This document shows, one piece after another, positions 8,901 through 17,589 of a stretch of 25,308 nt of DNA; the stretch's first letter is position 1, and each line of letters starts with the position of its first letter. This DNA is from a virus. Lineage: Duplodnaviria > Caudoviricetes. The position numbers were made by a program, and so were the translations under genes. A model generated the notes under the pieces. The model made no database searches and was not told where the DNA came from. It was given only the letters and a program-made list of their open reading frames with translations. The stretch covers positions 1-25,308 of the IMG/VR virus record IMGVR_UViG_3300050330_000015. One strand, written 5' to 3'.

Positions 8901-11365
8901 ATCCGATCAGCGGCGCGATCGGCGGCGCGATGGCTGGCCTTGGTGCGGCCCCCGCTCTGGCGGCAATGGGCATTGCCGGCCCCGTCGGCATCATCGGCGG
9001 CGCCATCATCGGCCTGGTCGGCGGGCTGATCGGCAAGGCCAAGCAAAAAAAGCAGGAGATGAAGCAGGCCCAGCAGGAGCTGGAGTCGCAGATGGGCGCG
9101 ATCACGCAACTGATCGCGACGGCCACGGGCAACTTCATGGGCAGCTTCGAAAAGTCCTTCACGTCGACCACGGACGAATTCCAGAAGGCCATCGCCTTGG
9201 CCGAAAAGGCTGGCAACAAGGTCATGGTCGAGAAGCTGAAGTCCTCCATGGACGAGTTCTTCGGCACGCTGCAGGACCAGTGGGACCGGGGGTTCGAGGG
9301 CGTGCTCGCCTCGATGAACGCTGGCCTGGGCTTCGACGGCGAGTTTGTGAAGGGCAGCGACGCCGTCGAGAAGATGCGCGAAAGCCTCGTCGGGTTCGTG
9401 AACGACGCGAAATTCTTCGCCGAGGCGAACGGCGATCTCTCCTCGATGCTCGATGCCCGCAAGAACGAATTCGGCATCGGCACGACGCAGCAGACGCTCT
9501 ACCGCTACCAGCCCCAATATCGCGAGGCCGGGAGCGAGGGGTCCTGGGTCGATAACGAACTGACGGCCGGCTACCTCGACATCGCCAACCAGATGGTTGA
9601 TCTCGGTGTGGCGGCATTCACGCGGGCCGGCGGGCAGCTCTATCCCACGCTGGAAGCCCTGAAGCGCGCCGCGACCGATGCCGGGCTTGCCATCGACGAA
9701 CAGGGCAAGGTCACGCGGGAACTGAAGGCTGCGAACGACAACCTGGCGGGCTCGGTCGAGCGGGCGCGCGAAGGCGCACAGGCCACGGCGCTCGCCATGC
9801 TGTCGGGCGGGAAGGAATTCACCGAGGTCGAAAAGGCCATTCAGCGGCTGGAGGGTGCGGCGGCCACGCTGCCCAGCCTGCTGGAAGACCTCGGCATGTC
9901 AGCCGAGGAAGCCGCCAAGGCTATCGAGCACCACCTCAACATCGCGCTGCGCGATCTGCGCAACAATTTGACCACGGACCTGACCCGGTCGATCAACGAT
10001 CTGGCTGGCTTTGGCTATTTGAACGACCTGCTCGACGCGCAGACGGCCTACGAGACCCATTTGCAGGAGCTTGAGGCGCTTGGCATGGATACCGGCCTCG
10101 CCATGCAGGAGCTTGGCCTGCGGCTGGCCAACATCGCCAAGGAGGCCGAGCTTACCGACGATCAGTTGACGCAACTGGCAGCGGTGTTCCCGCAGTTGGG
10201 CGGGTCGTTGCTCGGGCTGATCGGCGCCGGCGGCACCGGCACCGCGGCGGCCGTGGCCGATGCCAAGGCCAAGCTGGACGATGCCAAGGCCGATCTGCGC
10301 CGGGCCTATGAGGAGGAGGCGTCCCGGCTCAACCAGGTGATCAGCAAGCACGAGGCGTACATCAAGAGCCTCCAGAAGTTCAAGGACGACCTGAAGCTCG
10401 ACAGCAACTTGTCGCCCTACGATCCCTATCAGCGGCTCCAGGAGGCGCAGCGGCAGTTCCAGGAGACGGCGACGGCCGCGCTGGGCGGCGACGAAGATGC
10501 CCTTGGGCGCATCGAGGATGTCAGCCGGTCCTATCTGGAGGAGGCCCGCAGCTACTATGGCACGTCGGAGGCGTATTTCTCGATCTTCAACGATGTGCAG
10601 AGCCTGCTCGACCAGGCCCTTGCCGTGTCGAACAGCAGCCTCAGCGAGGCGCAGCAGCAGCTCGCCGCGCTGAAGGATCTGGTCTCGCCCCTGATCGACA
10701 TCAACGACAGCGTGATGTCGGTCGCCGATGCCATTGCCGCGCTCACCGCAGCGGAGGCAGCGAACGCCGCTGCCATCGCCGCGCGCGATGCGCAGCAGGC
10801 GCAGCTATTCCAGCAGATGCTTGGCCTGCTCCAGCAGACCGGGCAGGCATACGACCCGTTTGTCAGCAGCCTCTATCGCGACGTGCTCGGCCGTGCGCCG
10901 GACGCTGAAGGTGCCGCCTACTACACCAACATGCTCAATTCGGGCATGTCGCAGGATGCCGTTCGAGCGCAGTTCATCGCCAACGCCCAGCCGGAACTCG
11001 CCCGCGGCTATCCGCTATTCGCTGAAGGCGGTTTCCATGCAGGCGGATACCGCATCGTCGGCGAGCGTGGGCCGGAGCTGGAGGCGACTGGCCCGTCGCG
11101 CATCTGGAGCGCCAGCGACACCAGCCGGATCCTTTCGCAGGCTTGGCAGGCACAGAGCTATGGCGCTTCGAACGACAATGGAAACGGCGAACTGCTCCGC
11201 GAGGTGAAGGCGCTGCGCGAGCAGAACGCCAAGCTGCTGGAGCGGTTGATCAGCGTGTCCGCGACGGGCGCGCAGGCCACGACGGCCGCCGCGCGCGAGA
11301 CCTCCCTTGCCGTGCGTGAGCAGACCAAGGCGGCCCGGCTCGAAAGGCGCCAGAAGGTGGCGTGA
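5921..11365 (+). CDS. Tail tape measure protein with embedded lysozyme-like and DUF4214-like domains
   Basis: 1814 aa, Ala/Gln-rich and helical; lambda-type TMP N-terminal motif NIAAQFQDIGVTAAMGMSPLQIALQQGTQL; IRKIESG..NYNA..AYGAYQIM lysozyme-like motif; Gly-rich hydrophobic segment; C-terminal FAEGG..IVGERGPEL. Confidence 0.93.
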   Translation: MVTKLSNLRLAAELDADGFTAGATAIEQSSSRAGAAVKGLGESIQQTDVKVGRSGDGIRALSMRYVDGFANQVKYEQGLRRINAALEKGAIDQAQAQQLIAGMTAKLAFAGDAAQLAASGQTQLAGIVSAVNRDLQVETGHIDRNTAALLRNAAASKAARAANDNVRVFNTANIAAQFQDIGVTAAMGMSPLQIALQQGTQLSAIFEQMKASGQGVGTALAAAITSVISPLSLLTIGAVAAGAAIIRWFMKSEDSADKLEKKLEAHAAAVRMIKDLYGETAAAAERAGNAGGLAFSAASIRSDAAFWQRELQRQAQQVTDKMRGDGILTRGLFGSLANVKDLRAAAGDLTDEVEALIRSAGNGSADFDTFNHSLDAAFETVRRSGKDVTAAYNEIERVREVAQAAFQVGGKFQEFAGPINQLQVGIASNNVDLEKFNSWVEQIGKQKGIQSQADQAIALGAELVKIAGYLQQIENARFLKTEQIRDRLASERMDTGQSYFQQRQREWELEDRILDAQTQQVKALTDQEKIAAAGALAKARNPVEGEQRRREVLIAERQERERLDAAWRQGEIQRARARDEDILQAQQEFELIGKTVGQVAALEFQWQAEGAARQAAAEAGRKIGDDELRAIGEQAAAVGALAQKYAELQLVRGLQFDREQLGRTDTEQKVAAAMRSLWGDDYQSHMNDATAGLIRFNIELEKTGEIGKDVFDSFIDALTSSGDLVENLISAFAQLGKMFATLGAEKLYDYISGKSSSLFGGSTPSVGGSASVANYRASGQAIGETIAPPIVDSLNSNLDTFAAAIRKIESGSYAGNYNAVGPVVTSGMYAGDRAYGAYQIMGGNIAPWTKEVLGTSLSIKEFLGNQAAQDKVAYAKMGAAFDKFGNWSDTASVWFSGGPLAANSNRSDGYTSVPSYVSQTQAAMDNYPGGLAKAVSDGTVDASKRIRVGNNFQDTYDVAPGSVASQGGMTKMQGLLGVGGAALGAFAGGFQSGDPISGAIGGAMAGLGAAPALAAMGIAGPVGIIGGAIIGLVGGLIGKAKQKKQEMKQAQQELESQMGAITQLIATATGNFMGSFEKSFTSTTDEFQKAIALAEKAGNKVMVEKLKSSMDEFFGTLQDQWDRGFEGVLASMNAGLGFDGEFVKGSDAVEKMRESLVGFVNDAKFFAEANGDLSSMLDARKNEFGIGTTQQTLYRYQPQYREAGSEGSWVDNELTAGYLDIANQMVDLGVAAFTRAGGQLYPTLEALKRAATDAGLAIDEQGKVTRELKAANDNLAGSVERAREGAQATALAMLSGGKEFTEVEKAIQRLEGAAATLPSLLEDLGMSAEEAAKAIEHHLNIALRDLRNNLTTDLTRSINDLAGFGYLNDLLDAQTAYETHLQELEALGMDTGLAMQELGLRLANIAKEAELTDDQLTQLAAVFPQLGGSLLGLIGAGGTGTAAAVADAKAKLDDAKADLRRAYEEEASRLNQVISKHEAYIKSLQKFKDDLKLDSNLSPYDPYQRLQEAQRQFQETATAALGGDEDALGRIEDVSRSYLEEARSYYGTSEAYFSIFNDVQSLLDQALAVSNSSLSEAQQQLAALKDLVSPLIDINDSVMSVADAIAALTAAEAANAAAIAARDAQQAQLFQQMLGLLQQTGQAYDPFVSSLYRDVLGRAPDAEGAAYYTNMLNSGMSQDAVRAQFIANAQPELARGYPLFAEGGFHAGGYRIVGERGPELEATGPSRIWSASDTSRILSQAWQAQSYGASNDNGNGELLREVKALREQNAKLLERLISVSATGAQATTAAARETSLAVREQTKAARLERRQKVA

Positions 11366-11397
11366 CTGCCGTGGCGCAAACTCAACGGAGGATATCC

Positions 11398-11589
11398 ATG
11401 GCTCAACCGGACCTGGAAAATGTGTCGCTCGCCGCATTGATCGGCGAACTGCGGGCGCTGCGGAAGGAAGTCGCCGAAATGAGGGCGGAGCGCCGACGCG
11501 GCGACGAAGTGGTCCACCGTGATCTGCGAGATCTGGTCGAAGCGGCTCGGGGGCCGAGCGCTGCCGTACGCGCCCGGCGGGCAGTGTGA
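11398..11589 (+). CDS. Small coiled-coil hypothetical protein (63 aa)
   Basis: GGAGG RBS before ATG 11398; LIGELRALRKEVAEM echoes the TMP C-terminal LLREVKALREQNAKL. Confidence 0.6.
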   Translation: MAQPDLENVSLAALIGELRALRKEVAEMRAERRRGDEVVHRDLRDLVEAARGPSAAVRARRAV

Positions 11590-11719
11590 TGCGAGGCAAG
11601 GCAATACCGCTTGTCGTCGGCTGCGCGGTGAACATTCCGCCGCAGCCATTGAGAAACTCCTTTGCCCTGACGGTCACGGTCCATCGTGCCCCAATCCACC
11701 AAACCAGCAAGAGGACGAA

Positions 11720-12202
11720 ATGAAACGTCGAGGCTTCCTCGCGGCGCTCGCCGCACTCCCTTTCCTGCCGTTTGCTCGTCAGGCTGCCGCCGCCAGGGGC
11801 GGGTATATTCATCGCGGGACGTACATCGTCGGCGAACTCAGCCCGGAGAATGAAGCATTTCCGGTGGCGCTCCGCGATACCGCAGTGATGGCGGATTGGG
11901 CCGGCGCTCCATATCCAATTGCCTTCGGCAAGATTCCGGACGGCGCAGTCACCGGCACCGTGATCGATGCGGAGCGATTGATCGTCAGCTTCTGTGATGG
12001 ACCCTGCTCGCGCATCGAAATGTACGATGGCCATGCGCCGCTCGGCTATGATCGCGATTTCGACACGGTTGAGGAGTTGCGGCAGTCCACCGGCCGGCTC
12101 GGCTATTACTCGACCTGCCTGGCGGCCGGTGTCTGTCGCCCGTATGGGAGCATCAACGGAAAGCCCGCATACGAATGGGCAGCGCTCGTTATGCCTGCTT
12201 AG
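11720..12202 (+). CDS. Tat-signal protein paralogous to a domain of the downstream tail protein (160 aa)
   Basis: GAGGA RBS; MKRRGFLAALAALPFLPFARQAAA twin-arginine signal; the mature part aligns with the segment of the 523-aa ORF encoded at about 12974-13257. Confidence 0.75.
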   Translation: MKRRGFLAALAALPFLPFARQAAAARGGYIHRGTYIVGELSPENEAFPVALRDTAVMADWAGAPYPIAFGKIPDGAVTGTVIDAERLIVSFCDGPCSRIEMYDGHAPLGYDRDFDTVEELRQSTGRLGYYSTCLAAGVCRPYGSINGKPAYEWAALVMPA

Positions 12203-12401
12203 GGTAGCCGAAGTGGCGGCGGATCGCATCCGCCACTCCCGCGCGAATGTTGTCGGTTTTCTCGGCACCTGGAGGGGACAGGGAGTCTAGAACTCTGTCG
12301 ATGCCCTCAAACGCTTTCGGCGTTTTGGCGTAAGCTTCCAAATGAAGCTTCACGGCCGCCAGCGCGTTGATCGCGGCGTCGATGTCTCGAAAGTCGTTCA
12401 T
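12189..12401 (-). CDS. Small hypothetical moron protein (70 aa)
   Basis: GGAGG RBS upstream of ATG at 12401 (MNDFRDIDAAINALAAVKLHL...); convergent with 11720-12202. Confidence 0.6.
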   Translation of the reverse strand: MNDFRDIDAAINALAAVKLHLEAYAKTPKAFEGIDRVLDSLSPPGAEKTDNIRAGVADAIRRHFGYPKQA

Positions 12402-12477
12402 TTCCAAGTCCTCCCGTTTCTCCCGCCACCATCGAACCACTTCGGTGACGGCGAGTCCATGACCGCAGGTTGATCCA

Positions 12478-14049
12478 GTGCTTGCATCGGAATGGCTGAT
12501 AGATATCGGCGCCTACACCGGCGCCGGGCAGGTGACGCTGCGCTATTCGGTCTCGGGCTATGTCACCGGCCCGGACGACGATCCGCCGAACACGGTCTAT
12601 GAGGGCCGGATTTCCTCGATCGGCGCGTTCGGCCGTCACCTGTTCGGCGAGGGCCAGACGCTCGGCGCCGTGTCGATCAACATGGGCGATCTGGTGCTCG
12701 CCAACGCCGATGGCGCGCTCGACGACATGGTGTCCAGCTACGGTCTCGACGGACAGCCTTTCGTCCTGAGGCGTCTGCCGTCACCGCGGGCGCCCCTCTC
12801 GGCCGCCGAGATCGTCTGGACTGGCGTGCTGGAGGGAGTCGACAGCGACAGCGGCATGCTGATGGTGCGGCTCAAGGTCTATGACCGTCGCCGCGACGTC
12901 GACATACCGATCCAGACGGACACCTTTGGAGGTACCTCGACCTCGGCCGGTGCGACGGCCGATGGCTCGCCTGACATGAAAGGCAACCTGAAGCCGCTGT
13001 GCTTCGGAGCCTGCTTTTCGGTGCCGGCGACCGTCGTCAACGCCCACAACGCCATGCTGCAGTTCTCTTCGAGCCCGCTTGCCATGATCGCGCTGATGGA
13101 TGGCGGCGTGCCGCTGATCAACGATGGCGACGTGGCGAACCTCGCGGCGCTGGCGGCCGCCACCGGCAATCCGGGCCACTACAAGACCTGCCTGGCACTC
13201 GGAATGGCCAAGCCCTTCGGCACCGCCGGCGGCAAGGCTGCGTTCATCTGGACGGCGGACATTCTGGAGGGAGCTTCGCCGACCGAGCGTAGCCCGGGCA
13301 TGGTGGTCTATCGGATGATGGACAAGATCGGCCTGGCCGACCAGCTCGACGCGGACTCGCTCATGGCGTTCTTGTCGTCGGCGACGCAGGAGGTCGGCCT
13401 CTACATCGATACGGAGACCAGCGCGCTCGCGGCGATCCGGCAGGTCCTCGGATCGGTAGGGGCTACGATATATCCGAATGCGCTCGGCATGTTCGAAATC
13501 GAGCGGTTTCTCGGCCCGGGCGTCCCGGTCGCCACCATCACCAAAGACGACATCATCACCACGTCGAAGGACGACGTCGTGACCGTCTCGCCGAATCCGG
13601 ACACGCCGGACGACATCCCGGCCTACAAGGTGCTCGTCAAGCATCATCGCAACTGGCACGTCCACACAGATAGCGATCTGGCCGGCTGCGCCAATTTCGG
13701 CGACCCGACGCGGGGCAGCGCACTGCAACAGGAATGGCTGGAGGAAAAGGCCGAGGATGCATCCGTGCAGGTCCGGCACAAGCTGGCGAAAGACCTGACG
13801 TTCGAGACCTGCCTGACCCTGTCCGGCGCCGCGGCCGTCGAAGCGACGCGTCTGCTGCCGCTCTACAGCGCCGACCGCGAGGTGATCCGCATCAGCGTCG
13901 CGTTCGATGCGGACAACATCCTGAAGCTGAACAAGACCGTGACGGTGAAGCTGAACCGGCTCGGCTACGACGTCGGCAAGCCGTTTGTGATCATCGGCAG
14001 GACCGACGACTACGGCGCCGAACGCACCGACCTGGTACTCTGGGGATAA
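12478..14049 (+). CDS. Minor tail (tail tip/hub-type) protein
   Basis: 523 aa after the TMP; 'GDLVLANADGALD' and 'KPLCFG.C..VP...V' motifs; strong GC3 codon bias; start codon uncertain. Confidence 0.7.
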   Translation: MLASEWLIDIGAYTGAGQVTLRYSVSGYVTGPDDDPPNTVYEGRISSIGAFGRHLFGEGQTLGAVSINMGDLVLANADGALDDMVSSYGLDGQPFVLRRLPSPRAPLSAAEIVWTGVLEGVDSDSGMLMVRLKVYDRRRDVDIPIQTDTFGGTSTSAGATADGSPDMKGNLKPLCFGACFSVPATVVNAHNAMLQFSSSPLAMIALMDGGVPLINDGDVANLAALAAATGNPGHYKTCLALGMAKPFGTAGGKAAFIWTADILEGASPTERSPGMVVYRMMDKIGLADQLDADSLMAFLSSATQEVGLYIDTETSALAAIRQVLGSVGATIYPNALGMFEIERFLGPGVPVATITKDDIITTSKDDVVTVSPNPDTPDDIPAYKVLVKHHRNWHVHTDSDLAGCANFGDPTRGSALQQEWLEEKAEDASVQVRHKLAKDLTFETCLTLSGAAAVEATRLLPLYSADREVIRISVAFDADNILKLNKTVTVKLNRLGYDVGKPFVIIGRTDDYGAERTDLVLWG

Positions 14050-14052
14050 TCC

Positions 14053-15459
14053 ATGGCATCCGACATCACCATCACCGCGCTGACGGCAGTCGGCATGGTG
14101 GGGCAGATCGCTGCGACGGTCATGGCCTCGTCGCCGGCGTCCATGTCCTGCCTGCCGTACATGCAGCCGGCGAAGGTGGACATCTACATCGCGGCGACCA
14201 ACAACTTCGCCTCGGCGACCCTTGCGGGCACGGTCAACTCGGCCGTCGGCGTGCTGATGGTGGATGGGCTGCCAGAACTCGCCACGCGCTACCTGTGGGC
14301 CATCCCGAAGGACCCGGACGGCAATGCCGGTGCGCGCTACCCGGCCGGTGGCGGCGTGTCGGTCACGACCAAGGCGACGGTGCCGGATGGCAGCGTCACC
14401 GGCCCCAAGCTGGCAGATGGCGCGGTCACGCCGACAAAGATGAGTGTCGGGACCCTCTCGGCGATCTCTGCCAACATCGGAGACATCCTCGCCGGCACGA
14501 TCACCGGTGTGACCTTCACTGGTGGCGTATTCAGGACCGGGGCGACCGGCCGGCGGATCGAGATCAACGGCGCGGACAACTATCTCAAGGCGTACGATAC
14601 CAGCGGCGCACTGGTCGCCACCTTCGGCGTCATCGACAGCTCAAATGCCCTGATCACCGGCAATCGCACCGGCGCGTCCGATGTGATGCTGCTGGCCAAT
14701 GCAAACCCGAGCGGTACGGCGCTGCGCACCACCGGCCGTGTGGTTCTGTCGCCGTCGCCGACCGGAGCATTCGACGTCGAGGTGATGGACGTCGTCAACA
14801 ACAAGACGTCCAACAACGCCCACGCCGCTCGCTTCCGCAACCCGAACACAGGCGGCGGCCACCTGGTTGCCGGCATCTCGGCCGGCGGCGGCGGGTATGC
14901 CGGAAATGCCCAGGTCGGCGGCTTCTATTCGGCGGACGGGTATTTCCCGTTCACCGGGTGCCACGAGACCGTGATCCGGAAAGATGCCGAAATCGCCGTT
15001 GGCGACATCGTGCGGGTCAAGCGCATCATCGCCCGGAACGGCTTGAGCAACGTGCTTGCCGAGGTCGAGCGGACGGAACTTGTCGGCGACCGCGCGGTGA
15101 TCGGCGTCGTCTCCGAAATCAAGGAACTGCATAAGGCCGGCCCCATCGCAGCGCTTGGCGGTGAGCCGACCACCGAGGCTGCGAAGCAAAAGCGCCGGCG
15201 GATGGCCAGGCGGTATTTCCGCGTCGCCGTGAACGCCTTGGGCGAAGGCCAGATGGACGTGTGCGGCCGCGGCGGCGACATCGGCGCCGGTGACTACATC
15301 ATCACGTCCGACCTGCCGGGCAAGGGCCAGCGGCTCGACATGGACCAGCCCGTCACCTTCGCGCTGGAGGCCGCAATCGTGGCGCAGGCCATGGAACCGG
15401 TGACGTTCGACAGCCCCGATCAGGTGCGGCGGGTCGCAGTCTTCTATCGGTGCGGGTGA
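14053..15459 (+). CDS. Tail fibre/spike with C-terminal intramolecular-chaperone-like (Peptidase G2-like) domain
   Basis: DGSVTGPKLADGAVTPTKM..LSAISANIG fibre repeats; C-terminal FTGCH..GDIV..VIGVVS..VNALGEG..GDYIITSD.PG.G..YRCG. Confidence 0.7.
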   Translation: MASDITITALTAVGMVGQIAATVMASSPASMSCLPYMQPAKVDIYIAATNNFASATLAGTVNSAVGVLMVDGLPELATRYLWAIPKDPDGNAGARYPAGGGVSVTTKATVPDGSVTGPKLADGAVTPTKMSVGTLSAISANIGDILAGTITGVTFTGGVFRTGATGRRIEINGADNYLKAYDTSGALVATFGVIDSSNALITGNRTGASDVMLLANANPSGTALRTTGRVVLSPSPTGAFDVEVMDVVNNKTSNNAHAARFRNPNTGGGHLVAGISAGGGGYAGNAQVGGFYSADGYFPFTGCHETVIRKDAEIAVGDIVRVKRIIARNGLSNVLAEVERTELVGDRAVIGVVSEIKELHKAGPIAALGGEPTTEAAKQKRRRMARRYFRVAVNALGEGQMDVCGRGGDIGAGDYIITSDLPGKGQRLDMDQPVTFALEAAIVAQAMEPVTFDSPDQVRRVAVFYRCG

Positions 15460-15463
15460 GGCA

Positions 15464-16294
15464 ATGCAGAACGTCCTGCTCATCTACGACAATTTCAGCG
15501 ACGTCGCGACGCTCTCGGGTGGATCGTTCGTTCCGGCCCTGCCGCTCAACAACCTCAAGGTGCCGGAGCCTTACAAGGTCGCTCGAACGACCAACACGCT
15601 GCTCTCCAGCACGCAGTTCTCCGTTTCGCTCGGCGGCTCTCGGGCGATGAAGGCAATCGTCATCGGCCCGACCAACCTGTCCACGGCGCACAAGTACCGC
15701 ATCAGCGGCACCGGTTTCGACACCGGCTGGTCGACCGGTCTCGCCCGCGCCGAGTGGAACACGCTGCCCTGGGACGATCCCGACTTCTGGACCGGCCTGA
15801 CGCCATGGGATGACGACGAGCGTGGCATCTGGATCATCCACGTTTTCGACACGCCGGTGGTGGCAAAGAACTGGCTGGTCGAGATCGACGATCAGCTCAA
15901 CGCGGACGGCTATATCGATCTCGGCCGCCTCGTCATGGGGCGCGCCTGGCAGCCGTCGTTCAATTTCGTCTACGGCAACAACGGCCTGGCCTTCCGCGAC
16001 AACTCGCTGCGGGCGTCCACGCTTTCCGGCGGCGAGAAAATCTGGCGGCGCGTCAACCCGCGCGTCTTCAATCTCGCCTTCGACTATCTCCCCGACGAGG
16101 AGATGCACCGGGACGGCTACGACTTCCAGCGGATAGCCGGCTACGATGGCCAGGTCTTCGTCATCCCCGATCCCGACAACATCGAAACCAGGCAGCGCCG
16201 GTCCTTCCTGGCGACGGTGACGCGCCCCGACCCGCTGGCGCAGGTCACCTTCGGCCGCTCCTCCACGGCATTCGAATTCAAGGAAATCATCTGA
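15464..16294 (+). CDS. Minor tail protein (distal-tail-like)
   Basis: 276 aa; GAGG RBS; '[18 protein letters not shown]' motif; within the tail-tip block. Confidence 0.65.
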   Translation: MQNVLLIYDNFSDVATLSGGSFVPALPLNNLKVPEPYKVARTTNTLLSSTQFSVSLGGSRAMKAIVIGPTNLSTAHKYRISGTGFDTGWSTGLARAEWNTLPWDDPDFWTGLTPWDDDERGIWIIHVFDTPVVAKNWLVEIDDQLNADGYIDLGRLVMGRAWQPSFNFVYGNNGLAFRDNSLRASTLSGGEKIWRRVNPRVFNLAFDYLPDEEMHRDGYDFQRIAGYDGQVFVIPDPDNIETRQRRSFLATVTRPDPLAQVTFGRSSTAFEFKEII

Positions 16295-17589
16295 TGGCGA
16301 TCCCCAGCGACGTCCAGGAGGCGCTCGACCGCCTCGCGCAGTACAACTCGGACCCGATTTCGCCCGAAAACCCGCACGGCATGGGCAATTACGGCAACCT
16401 GACCGAGTTCCCGCGAGCGCTCGACGACGTCTCCAAGGTGGCGCAGTGGGTCAATGAGACCGGCGGCGCTCCCGGTCCGTCCGGCGCCACGGGACAGAGC
16501 GGCAGCACGGGTCCCAGCGGCGCAACCGGCCCAACGGGCGCTACGGGACCCTCCGGCGCGGACGGACCGACGGGCGCCACGGGACCGAGCGGACCTGCTG
16601 GCGCCACCGGCCCAACGGGTCCAAGCGGCGGCGCTGGCGCGACCGGCGCGACAGGCCCGGGCGGTGCCTCAGGTCCGTCCGGCGCCACGGGACCGAGCGG
16701 CCCTGCCGGCGCCACCGGCCCAACGGGGCCGAGCGGTGCGACCGGCCCCACAGGTCCCAAGGGCGACGGTCTCCAGATCAATGCATCCGGCAGCTTCGCC
16801 GAGCGATCCGGCTATGACGGCGAGGCGCAGGGCTTTGCCTATGTGTCCAACGATGGCGACGGCGACCTGATCACCTCCGCTGTCATTTTCGTCAAGAACA
16901 GCGCCGCCTCGGGCGACTGGTCGGAGCCGATCCCCTTCGAGGGTGCGGCGGGTCCGACCGGCCCGACTGGTGCCACCGGCCCGAGCGGCACGCCGGGCGT
17001 TGTTGGCGCGACGGGCGCGACTGGTCCGAGCGGCCCCAGCGGTAATCCCGGCGATACAGGAGCAACGGGGCCGACCGGCCCGACTGGCGCGACGGGTCCC
17101 GCAGGGGCAACCGGCCCTAGCGGTGCGTCCGGTCCCTCGGGTGCCACTGGCCCGAGCGGAACGCCGGGCGTCGTCGGAGCAACTGGCGCGACGGGGGCAA
17201 CCGGTCCTGCCGGCGCCACCGGGCCTACGGGACCGACCGGGCCGAACCTGTTGCGCGACAACATCGAGAACCAGGGGCCGATCACCGGCGGCGCCGATGT
17301 CACCTCCAAATCGCTCGGCACGGTTACGTCCGGCACGAAGACCCTCGATGTCGGCGACTGCCCGTTGCAGCACTACACCAACAATGGCGCGCACACGCTT
17401 GCGCCGGGAGCGGTGACCGGATCGGCCATGATCGACATTCTGAACGGGGCATCCGCCGGCGCGATCACCACGTCCGGCTTCACCAAGGTGTCCGGCGACA
17501 GCTTCACAACGACGAACGGGCACAAGTTCCGTTGTCATGTCTCTGTCGGCAACAACGGCTCCCTCTTGATCGTACAGGCGCTCCAGTAA
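16294..17589 (+). CDS. Collagen-like tail fibre protein
   Basis: 431 aa with two uninterrupted (Gly-X-Y)34 blocks separated by a globular insert; TGATG coupling to the upstream gene. Confidence 0.9.
   Translation: MAIPSDVQEALDRLAQYNSDPISPENPHGMGNYGNLTEFPRALDDVSKVAQWVNETGGAPGPSGATGQSGSTGPSGATGPTGATGPSGADGPTGATGPSGPAGATGPTGPSGGAGATGATGPGGASGPSGATGPSGPAGATGPTGPSGATGPTGPKGDGLQINASGSFAERSGYDGEAQGFAYVSNDGDGDLITSAVIFVKNSAASGDWSEPIPFEGAAGPTGPTGATGPSGTPGVVGATGATGPSGPSGNPGDTGATGPTGPTGATGPAGATGPSGASGPSGATGPSGTPGVVGATGATGATGPAGATGPTGPTGPNLLRDNIENQGPITGGADVTSKSLGTVTSGTKTLDVGDCPLQHYTNNGAHTLAPGAVTGSAMIDILNGASAGAITTSGFTKVSGDSFTTTNGHKFRCHVSVGNNGSLLIVQALQ
16465..16770 (+). repeat. Collagen Gly-X-Y block 1 (34 triplets)
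   Basis: GAP-GPS-GAT...GPK-GDG counted from the translation. Confidence 0.95.
16942..17247 (+). repeat. Collagen Gly-X-Y block 2 (34 triplets)
   Basis: GAA-GPT-GPT...GPT-GPN counted from the translation. Confidence 0.95.

Noticed and set aside
13734-15134. 466-aa Arg-rich plus-strand ORF
   Set aside because: Alternate frame of the real tail genes
16389-17336. Minus-strand Gly-Pro-Val repeat ORFs
   Set aside because: Reverse complement of the collagen codons
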